In this document: piece after piece, positions 57,801 to 64,000 of the stretch
How positions within the stretch are numbered: position 1 is the first letter of the stretch
Layout: each line of letters opens with the position of its first letter
IMG/VR virus record: IMGVR_UViG_3300030107_004497
Reading direction: 5' to 3' (one strand)
Source: an uncultured virus (IMG/VR IMGVR_UViG_3300030107_004497)
Lineage: Duplodnaviria; Heunggongvirae; Uroviricota; Caudoviricetes; Crassvirales
Length of the DNA stretch: 64,000 nucleotides
Notes under the pieces: model-generated
Databases searched by the model: none
Told to the model about the DNA's origin: nothing
The model's input: the letters and a program-made list of their open reading frames with translations, nothing else
Made by a program: the position numbers and the translations under genes

Positions 57801-60711
57801 TAGTAAAGGTATAAAACAAAACAAAGTGCTAAGCAAAGCTATGCAATTTTCAAAAAAGAAAAACAAACCTCGAGGTATTACTGTTTTAGACTTTGATGAT
57901 ACATTAGCTACAACTAAATCTTTAGTTAAATACACAACGCCAAATGGTAAAACTGGTACTTTAAACGCTGAGCAATACGCTGCTACTTATGAAGATTTAT
58001 TAGACAAAGGTTATAAGTTTGATTTTTCAGAATTTAACAAAGTTGTAAAACCACAGTTAGCACCACTGTTCAACAAGGCAATGAAACTACAAAAAAAGTT
58101 TGGTCCTGAAAATATGTTTGTATTAACAGCTAGACCACCTGCTGCTCAGAAAGCTATATTTGATTTTTTAAAAGCTAATGGCTTAAATATACCTTTAAAA
58201 AATATTACTGGTTTAGGTAATAGCACTAGTGAGGCAAAAGCGCTTTGGATAGCTGATAAAGTTGGCGAGGGTTATAATGACTTCTATTTTGCAGATGATG
58301 CATTGCAAAACGTACAAGCTGTTAAAAATATGTTAGATCAGTTTGATGTTAAGTCAAAAGTACAACAAGCAAAACTTCAATTTAGTAAATCATCATTAGA
58401 TAGTCAGTTTAATAAAATACTAGAAGAATCATCTGGTGTAGGTAGAGAAAAAGAATTTGGTAAAGCTAAAGCTCAATTAAGAGGTAAAAACAAAGGTAAA
58501 TTTAAATTTTTCATACCTTATTCAGCGGAAGATTTTAATGGTTTAATGTACGCGATTTTACCCAAAGGTAAAAAAGGAGAAGAAGCTTATAATTTTTTAA
58601 AGAAAACACTTATAGATCCATACGCTAGAGGTTATAGAGACTTAAACGCAGCTAAACAGACTATAGCAAATGATTACAAAGCTTTACGAAAAGCAATGCC
58701 TGATGTTCGTAAAAAATTAACTAAAAAAATACCTAATAAAAAAGACTTTAGATATGCAGACGCTGTAAGAGTCTACTTATGGGATAAATCAGGTTTTGAT
58801 ATACCTGGTTTATCTGAAACAGATAGAAAGTTTTTAGTTGATTTAATAAATAAAGATAATAAATTAAAAAGTTATGCTGACGCATTAAGTTTGGTTTCTA
58901 AAAGACCAGAGGGATATACCCCACCACAAGAAAATTGGTTAGTAACAAATATACTAGGTGATTTACAAGATGCTGTTGATAAAATTGGTAGAAAAGAATT
59001 TTTAGCAGAATGGAAGGAAAATAAAGATATTATATTTAGTCCTAAAAATTTAAATAAATTAGAAGCGGTATATGGTACTAAATATAGAGAAGCTTTAGAA
59101 GACATGCTTTTCCGTATGGAAAACGGTACTAATAGAACTAATGGTGATAATAAACTAGTAAACGCGTTTATGAATTGGACAAATAACTCTGTTGGTGCTA
59201 TTATGTTCTTTAATACTAGATCCGCTGTACTACAAACATTGTCATCTGTTAATTTTATAAACTGGGGAGACAATAATATAGCTAAAGCAGCTGTCGCATT
59301 TGCTAATCAACCCCAATTTTGGAAAGATTTTGCTACATTATTTAATTCTGATATGTTAAAACAAAGACGTAAAGGATTAAAAACAGATGTTAATCATGCT
59401 GAATTAACTGAAGCTGTTGGTAGATCAAAAAACCCAGCTATGGCTGCTTTAAACTACTTGTTACAAAAAGGTTTTTTACCTACGCAAATAGCTGACAGTT
59501 TTGCAATATCTTCAGGTGGTGCTACCTTTTATAGAAATAGAATAAATACTTATTTAAAACAAGGATTAAGTCAAAAAGAAGCAGAAGAAAGAGCATTTAC
59601 TGATTTTCAAGAAATAGCAGAAGCAACACAGCAATCTTCTAGACCAGATTTTATATCACAACAACAAGCGTCAGCATTAGGTAGGTTAATATTAGCTTTT
59701 CAAAATACACCTATGCAGTACATGAGATTAACTAAAAGAGCCATGCAAGATTTAGTTAGTGGAAGGGGAGATTGGAAAACACACGTGTCTAGAATATTAT
59801 ATTATGGCGCTATACAAAATGTAATATTTTATGCTTTACAACAGGGATTATTTGCTTTAGCTTTTGATGATGAAGAAGATGACGAGAAAAAAGCCGCTAA
59901 AGAGGAGGAGAAGATGGAGAAAATAATGAATGGTATGCTTGATAGTATATTGAGAGGTATAGGCGTTGGAGGTGCGGTAGCTTCAACTATTAAGAACATG
60001 ATAATAAAAATTGGTGAAGAAGATGAAAAAGATTGGAACTCAGACTTTGATAATGTAGTAATTGAAGGCTTGCAATTATCCCCACCAATAGGATCTAAAG
60101 TTAGAAAAGCTAGAAGCGCTGGAAGATCTTATAAATACAATAAAGACGTGATAAAAAACATGAGCATGTTTAACATAGACAATCCTGTTTGGGATGTTGT
60201 TGGTAATGTAGTATCTTTTAGTACAAATTTTCCTTTAGATAGATATGTAAATAAACATAGAAATATTAAAGACGCTCTTGATGATCAAAATGAAGCTTGG
60301 CAAAGAGTTGCTTTAATGTTAGGTTGGAATCGCTGGGGATTAGATATGGGTAAACCAGAAGAAGTTGAGCTTATTAAAACAGAGCTTAAACAAAAAAAGC
60401 AAGAACAAAGAAAACAAAAAGAAAAAATAAAAAGAGAGGAAAAGAAAAAAGAAAAAGAAAAAGAAAATGAAGCTGTAATAGAAAGTAATAAAGAAAAAAG
60501 TAAAAAAGACGGTGTTTGTTCAGCTGTAAGTAAAAGCGGTAAAAGATGTGGTAATTCTGTGGTTCCTGGAAAATTATTTTGTACTGTTCACGAAAAAGTT
60601 GAACAAAGAGCGGGTGGAGAAAAATCTCAATGTAAAAAGATAAAAGGTGATGGTAAAAGGTGTAAAATGCAAACTAGTAATAAATCAGGGTATTGCTACT
60701 ATCACGATTAA
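51874..60711 (+). CDS. Giant polyvalent ejection protein (zincin, HNH-like, HAD, tandem Zn fingers)
   Basis: AHEFLH...EE; YEHMIP; VLDFDDTL/VLTAR/FADD; two C-x9-C-x10-C-x2-H fingers at the C-terminus. Confidence 0.75.
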   Translation: MLKKSSPLKHREGEHLILNEKAHEEAHANEENKTIGVNPTTTFSDGNQSFQLDDINQIWFDGDGNIVDDNDVPEKLRKENQEKLAKSVLSTGKQYEKVYDPKTKGYKYKLIGRGEDQVAENSAIQNAEAFKATPKQIEKALNFADKNIELALEQREKFKIQKNKELGLDANGNKLMITLPNGTKIPATPTQGMPQKPIGYNQLNRNHPIRVRYDENLKAWEDQNKHLKELKRARDTNPMWKYLQDAEHSLKYTTDENGDVIRNPNAKQDVTDENIIKEAKSRYLEDQKRKYLQKNVEEWIDSQDGVGVNMPQTQKDEIAKNEIAIKKLNAQQQKDIKTLNSTAQLYLDVNDQMGLLKNGGIDANGKEVQGFDNRDRYFENEFSKIKDKIAKMGVVDSNSSEATIAKYNNLIEEGKSLTEKYEKYLVNKNNFIKKFEDLERTRDGYKKNYDQLAVKTQEFSENGEDLLAYHNLMKRNGHLLTGAGAWAVASAAEILSGLEADAAEIIMLPQGLRNDRMLGDNPIAQYLIAKADQFEKFRGGQPILDKNGNYIGDTPGYKDKINKFAESLHNQVQLPQLYDDIETLGDFGEFGVNVLANFAPQLALMSVSRGKSLYLLAGSAAGGSLDESRRSNKLGQTDYSLGQRVVHSLMMAGSEYWSEKYTLNLLKGTNKYVKRRVADGFEQAIKKTFTPRNLMVATNRMLGEGVSETNAKLFGENAADIFVYGKRNKSLLEGLDEAFVSGVLMERGIALPGVARRLSMPFIGNQYDSKLRSWEKSKRDIEKALETEGLSEDVKKDLRNKYLDIQQKQDEFIKKHHENVDMMTEDEVGDLIDLDVKLHNIKQAEDNINNDKSLTKAQKEDLVKKNRAEEQDILSQKNKIIHKYEDPETRKKREEEYEKQKEVIKAKIAKFNKRQIKGFTETNASARGKFKEFETVEEQQAFFNDQISEANTKDRAEIQEMRELLENPNITRQDRLTIQNNLAALRKQIDARNKYSKTASSEFGFIGQQADGSFQIYVNKENALSVGGNINVGAHEFLHGVLYQTARGDSKIQKQLGDAVIDYIANEKGGFSQEFIDKMEPYQGDANFGEEVITVMSESILDGSLKYKEGFFTKVGDIIRQTLQRYGLKDIEFNTGKDVYNFIKDYNASIEKNYDSKAIDRMMDTGAQGKLLEGRKGGRDIMQASKAQADKVQDIYAKKGADGAGEIAMEYRGMAEEIFKRNLNLAPSEDIRNNLLDNKEDIIGDILYNPGTETAKARTVLGLVNDFQTKKHKYGNVAAYINQFLPQRAKEIFAPYGVDMAITKSQEQEGIREKVAKIAAEKTAKLSEDSFKGHKIHEKLGQGDPRVRKLVKKYQENVKAIAKKMSIEEVRNLKFKDVEGKGHKIIAEILGIDAAKLDPDNKKQFHANLRYAGTVEDGNETLSAQMVIAKNPLAFKIAIPKHHTTKRVKTNKKDANGDWIYEERPHEAIGIPGSILKPYMIKGKRKGNLTPFTLDKEMMDDKKFLEPIGVIDGKSFREMKGKEQQTILNLATLLDKTMTYQAIKEQKLEEGYTLDDTKTISDGVSEFSFSKAVRKLNPSQTEIFYTKLPELGATVNPALKDYTKVSEMKKALEEVYGKDLPAPVKTAIAKDFVGLIKRYQNVIANNQTIDEGTWTEYIADSFNQEADNIVKMLNLEIDGKKISAASIYDNQQNIERGRRKLIEYGNNLVKQGKSLEEVARIMAILKPMYAGNSKVGRGMFTTDKNGKLQMVEGIEFGTPRNQIFESVPMFEKWGVMQIDGMTPEIWKNANTKLKAQNSKAAIKDRDFDGRLAEAKEARQVIDSMMKFLNKEGNDLDIAMFMISNLSSMDAPLRRAANLQYIADSVLNMEDIGKNAEYEHMIPANYMALKIIDQYKNKGGIKNLDNFYKNYNVAIIPKTMDKVLKLQGLQSKMMPGYNFETDPSTNRYYNFLTNGFDDIVSIRDINSNEIVGPQVQYSKGIKQNKVLSKAMQFSKKKNKPRGITVLDFDDTLATTKSLVKYTTPNGKTGTLNAEQYAATYEDLLDKGYKFDFSEFNKVVKPQLAPLFNKAMKLQKKFGPENMFVLTARPPAAQKAIFDFLKANGLNIPLKNITGLGNSTSEAKALWIADKVGEGYNDFYFADDALQNVQAVKNMLDQFDVKSKVQQAKLQFSKSSLDSQFNKILEESSGVGREKEFGKAKAQLRGKNKGKFKFFIPYSAEDFNGLMYAILPKGKKGEEAYNFLKKTLIDPYARGYRDLNAAKQTIANDYKALRKAMPDVRKKLTKKIPNKKDFRYADAVRVYLWDKSGFDIPGLSETDRKFLVDLINKDNKLKSYADALSLVSKRPEGYTPPQENWLVTNILGDLQDAVDKIGRKEFLAEWKENKDIIFSPKNLNKLEAVYGTKYREALEDMLFRMENGTNRTNGDNKLVNAFMNWTNNSVGAIMFFNTRSAVLQTLSSVNFINWGDNNIAKAAVAFANQPQFWKDFATLFNSDMLKQRRKGLKTDVNHAELTEAVGRSKNPAMAALNYLLQKGFLPTQIADSFAISSGGATFYRNRINTYLKQGLSQKEAEERAFTDFQEIAEATQQSSRPDFISQQQASALGRLILAFQNTPMQYMRLTKRAMQDLVSGRGDWKTHVSRILYYGAIQNVIFYALQQGLFALAFDDEEDDEKKAAKEEEKMEKIMNGMLDSILRGIGVGGAVASTIKNMIIKIGEEDEKDWNSDFDNVVIEGLQLSPPIGSKVRKARSAGRSYKYNKDVIKNMSMFNIDNPVWDVVGNVVSFSTNFPLDRYVNKHRNIKDALDDQNEAWQRVALMLGWNRWGLDMGKPEEVELIKTELKQKKQEQRKQKEKIKREEKKKEKEKENEAVIESNKEKSKKDGVCSAVSKSGKRCGNSVVPGKLFCTVHEKVEQRAGGEKSQCKKIKGDGKRCKMQTSNKSGYCYYHD

Positions 60712-60741
60712 AGAATTAAAAAAATAAGTGACTATATAACA

Positions 60742-61842
60742 ATGGTGAAAAGATTAATAATATTATTAACAATATTTTTAGTGGCTTGCTCAGCTCCTAA
60801 AAAATGTTGTTCGCAAACAGATTTAAATATAGATGTTAAAAAACTATTAAAGTTTTCTACGTTTTATGCTGCTGTTAATGGTGGTACCTCATTGTCTGAT
60901 GTTGATATATTTTCTGTAGATAACGGTTTGTCTACACAAACTATTTCAACTCCTTATGATTATAATTTTACCATAGGTTTACGTAAGATAGCAAGATTTG
61001 GTTATGAAAATAAAGCACAAACGTTTTATGATGGAACGGAATCTAATTACAGTGACGCAGCTACTGTAGGTAAAGTTAAAGGAGTTGAATACTTATTTGA
61101 AGTTGACTACAAAAGACAAGAAGGTGTAGATTACATGGATCAACACCATTTTATTAGATTTAGTTCTGACGATGGTTGTCCTAGCGGTTTGTGTGTAAAT
61201 TTCTTTGCTTTAAAAGTAGAATATTTACAAGATGGTTTTGCTGATGTAGAATACTTCGAAGCATCTGAAAGATATAGGCATCGTAAAGGTAAAAACTTAT
61301 CTTGGAACATTGGTTTAGCACATAGATTAGCGGAGCCTTATGGTTATGATCCGCTTGCTAGTTGGATGTTATCAAACGGTAATATTCATTATACTTATTT
61401 AGCTATAGAAGAAGGTTACAATGTAGATGTTCATAAAGGTTTTTATTATGATCCATCTGGCAAGTTAGTAGCAACTAGTTCTGAAGTTTGGGAAGCTGTT
61501 GTTATACCAGAAGTATTGTCTGATTATACTGAAAAGAAAAGAGACGAATTAAGTAGAATAATGCAACACTCTATAGTAATGGGTTTTGATTATTATAAAT
61601 ATTCTAAAAAAACATGGCTACACGCTTGGGGAAATTTATTACCGTATCATTACGATGATGGCAGCGAATTTAGTTATCACAATTACATAGAAGATGATCA
61701 ATGGTATGATTATTCGTTTGGTTTTATATACGGTATAAAACAAAATAAAAACTTAGGATATTTTTTAGAAGGTAAATATAATAAGTACTGGAATAGAGAA
61801 TGGTATGATTTTAAATTAGGGTTAAATTATACAATATTTTAA
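60742..61842 (+). CDS. Outer-membrane beta-barrel-like protein with lipoprotein-type signal
   Basis: LVAC lipobox; aromatic alternating strands; C-terminal LGLNYTIF beta-signal. Confidence 0.65.
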   Translation: MVKRLIILLTIFLVACSAPKKCCSQTDLNIDVKKLLKFSTFYAAVNGGTSLSDVDIFSVDNGLSTQTISTPYDYNFTIGLRKIARFGYENKAQTFYDGTESNYSDAATVGKVKGVEYLFEVDYKRQEGVDYMDQHHFIRFSSDDGCPSGLCVNFFALKVEYLQDGFADVEYFEASERYRHRKGKNLSWNIGLAHRLAEPYGYDPLASWMLSNGNIHYTYLAIEEGYNVDVHKGFYYDPSGKLVATSSEVWEAVVIPEVLSDYTEKKRDELSRIMQHSIVMGFDYYKYSKKTWLHAWGNLLPYHYDDGSEFSYHNYIEDDQWYDYSFGFIYGIKQNKNLGYFLEGKYNKYWNREWYDFKLGLNYTIF

Positions 61843-61852
61843 ATAAATAATT

Positions 61853-62086
61853 ATGGGATATACAATGAATGGGTTTAGTGGTTTTGGAAACTCACCAAAT
61901 AAAAGTGTTAAAGATTGGGGAAAAAGGGCATTAACAGTAGCTAAACCATTTTTAAAAGGAGCCGTGAAAAGAGTTACTGGTCCAGTAGGTTTAGTATTAG
62001 GCTCTACGTCAACGTCTTCAACTGATCAACCAGGCACTGGAGGACATGGAGGTAGAAAAACAGGTAGTATTCGTGATATGATATAA
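61853..62086 (+). CDS. Small protein with MGYTMNGFSGFGNSPNK leader
   Basis: ORF track. Confidence 0.65.
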   Translation: MGYTMNGFSGFGNSPNKSVKDWGKRALTVAKPFLKGAVKRVTGPVGLVLGSTSTSSTDQPGTGGHGGRKTGSIRDMI

Positions 62087-62098
62087 CTTTGATAAAAT

Positions 62099-62380
62099 AT
62101 GGCAAAAGAATTAAATGAAAATACTAGTTTTAAAATTAGTATACAAACACTAATAGCTATAGGTTTTGGTATGGCTACAATTATTGGAATGTGGTTTGCG
62201 TTACAAGCAGATATTGCGGAAGCAAAAGAATTACCCGTAATACCACCGGATGAAGTTACCCGAATGGAGTTTAACATGAAGGATCAGATGATTCGTAATA
62301 CCATTATGGAAACTCAAGATGATGTAAAAGAAATTAAAGCTTCTATAGAAAAAATAGAGGATAAATTATATAATAGATAA
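62099..62380 (+). CDS. Single-TM coiled-coil membrane protein
   Basis: N-terminal TM helix and C-terminal heptads. Confidence 0.75.
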   Translation: MAKELNENTSFKISIQTLIAIGFGMATIIGMWFALQADIAEAKELPVIPPDEVTRMEFNMKDQMIRNTIMETQDDVKEIKASIEKIEDKLYNR

Positions 62381-62743
62381 ATGAAAAAATATAATGGTAT
62401 TGGGAAATTATTTGTTAGCTGCGGGCTTGTTATTTTGTTTATGTTATTTTATAACACAACCTTTGGACAAATTCAAGTAACGCATTTTAACGCCGGTTGG
62501 AATAGTTCTAACGATGTTTCTTGGGTAATGGATCTAGAGGATTGCAAAACTATAGGGCACACAGATATAGCTAAAGATACGAAAGCACAAGCAAAATACA
62601 AAATAGCAGTAGTACCTACTATTATAATATTTAAAGACGGCGAAGAGGTTGCTAGATTTCAAGCAGATTTAAGTTTTAAAATGGTAGCAACTAAAGAAGA
62701 AGTACAAGAAGAAATAGATAATCAATTAATGAGCGATTTTTAA
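62381..62743 (+). CDS. Exported thioredoxin-fold protein lacking CxxC
   Basis: Signal/TM; HFNAGWN in place of F.A.WC..C; KYKIAVVPTIIIFKDGEEVAR. Confidence 0.75.
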   Translation: MKKYNGIGKLFVSCGLVILFMLFYNTTFGQIQVTHFNAGWNSSNDVSWVMDLEDCKTIGHTDIAKDTKAQAKYKIAVVPTIIIFKDGEEVARFQADLSFKMVATKEEVQEEIDNQLMSDF

Positions 62744-64000
62744 ATGAAAAAGATTTTAATATTATTATTATTACCAGTACTTACCCACGGGCAAGTTATA
62801 AATACTTTTCCTTGGACACATGACTTTGATAATAACATAGGATTAGAACAAGACACTAATGATTTTGGTGATTGGCTCTTGCATCAAGGAACAACAAGTT
62901 CTTTTAATACAGGACCAACAGGAGATCATACCACAGGTAATGGTATCTACTTTTATGTAGAGTCTTCTGGGCAAAACTACGGTGGTAAAGTTTTTACAAT
63001 ATACACACCAATGTTTGATATATCACAAACGCCTGGTAAAGTATTATCTTTTTGGTACCATATGTACGGTGCGGCTATGGGCGATTTAGAAATAGGTGTA
63101 CTAGACAGTGTTGGATATACAGCTTTAGATACTATATCTGGTGACCAAGGTAATAATTGGAAATTAGCTTATTATCCAATAACAACAAACACACCGTTTA
63201 AAATAAAGTTTAAAGCTGTAACTGGTTCTAGTTATACTAGTGATATATCTATAGACGACGTGATGATTAGTGATCCGTATACAGTTATATATGGTTGTAC
63301 TGATACTGTATCATCTAACTATGATTCAACAGCTACGCATGATAATGGTACGTGTATATATGTTACAGGTTGTATTGATCCTAGTGCTACTAATTATAAT
63401 CCATGGGCTAATGTAGATGATGGTAGTTGTATAATGGATATTGCCTGTAACGATTCTATAGAATCTTTAGTTAATGTGGCAATACTATTAGACAATTGGC
63501 CAGGTGAAACATCTTGGGAAATAAAAGCAAACGGAAACGTCATACATTCCGTTGCACAAGGTACTTATAGTTACACACAAACAGGACAAACTGTACATAC
63601 GCAAGTTTGCGTACCTATAGGTGACACAATAGTGTTTACAATTAATGATAGTTACGGGGATGGTATTGGAGGTGGTTCTGTAGTTGGTAGTTGTTTAGTA
63701 ACAAATATAGATTGTCAAGATACTTTATTTTTACTAAATCCACCAAACTTTGGTTATACAGCTTCTTCTAATCCTTATATATCTGATCAATGTAATAATG
63801 ATACTATAATATATGGCTGTACAAACTCAAGTTATTTAGAGTATGATTCGCTTGCTACTGTTGATAATGGTAATTGTATGACACTAGCTACTTATGGTTG
63901 TACTGATTCTACACAATTCAACTACGATCCAAATGCTGACCGCATGTTATTAACATCACCTTGCGATTATGATTTAATATTATTTGATGATGGTGGTGAT
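62744..64000 (+). CDS. Secreted MAM-domain protein with Cys-rich GCTD repeats (runs off right edge)
   Basis: Not in ORF track; hand-translated: signal peptide, TGPTGDHTTGNGIYFYVESS, SFWYHMYG, GDQGNNW, DISIDD, four GC(T/I)(D/N) repeats, DSYGDG. Confidence 0.85.
   Translation, partial: MKKILILLLLPVLTHGQVINTFPWTHDFDNNIGLEQDTNDFGDWLLHQGTTSSFNTGPTGDHTTGNGIYFYVESSGQNYGGKVFTIYTPMFDISQTPGKVLSFWYHMYGAAMGDLEIGVLDSVGYTALDTISGDQGNNWKLAYYPITTNTPFKIKFKAVTGSSYTSDISIDDVMISDPYTVIYGCTDTVSSNYDSTATHDNGTCIYVTGCIDPSATNYNPWANVDDGSCIMDIACNDSIESLVNVAILLDNWPGETSWEIKANGNVIHSVAQGTYSYTQTGQTVHTQVCVPIGDTIVFTINDSYGDGIGGGSVVGSCLVTNIDCQDTLFLLNPPNFGYTASSNPYISDQCNNDTIIYGCTNSSYLEYDSLATVDNGNCMTLATYGCTDSTQFNYDPNADRMLLTSPCDYDLILFDDGGD

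Noticed and set aside
62084..62091. TAACTTTG Bacteroidota -7 promoter element
   Set aside because: Single short match in AT-rich DNA, overlapping a stop codon, with no -33 element.
13039..62277. Numerous short antisense and alternate-frame ORFs in the track
   Set aside because: Shadows of long sense genes with no recognisable motifs.
1..64000. Stop-codon reassignment as in some crAss-like phages
   Set aside because: Long genes are intact in code 11, and TAG and TGA end genes at sensible boundaries (e.g. 1608, 4573, 19345, 46628).

Overview
The window is an AT-rich dsDNA phage segment, most likely a marine Bacteroidota (Flavobacteria)-infecting podovirus distantly related to crAss-like phages. 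The host and lineage calls are inferences from crAss-type terminase/portal/capsid/ring/muzzle genes, AT-rich leaders without Shine-Dalgarno sites, and Bacteroidota-style lipoproteins and outer-membrane proteins. Two arms diverge from a non-coding hub at about 11.95-12.6 kb. The left (minus) arm has small early genes, ncRNA-like elements, a ligase, an HTH protein, DenV, a sigma70-family factor, ERF, an exonuclease, SSB and a Twinkle/T7-gp4-type primase-helicase. The right (plus) arm has low-complexity putative internal virion proteins, GroEL/GroES, a holin, terminase, portal, scaffold, capsid, ring and split muzzle genes, ejection proteins including a 2945-aa polyvalent protein, and an envelope cassette. 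The most notable observations are: (1) nine exactly spaced TACAA-N4-AATACAA-N8-GGATAATA promoter-like motifs; (2) a candidate transcription-primed origin, where a rightward motif is followed by a G-quadruplex tract, a T-run and an inverted repeat that recurs over the HTH gene start; (3) a multibranched ncRNA next to a non-canonical tRNA mimic, plus further tRNA-like elements; (4) a shared FKM...SPxK peptide tag on unrelated late proteins. No searches were run, so all family calls rest on recognising motifs by eye.
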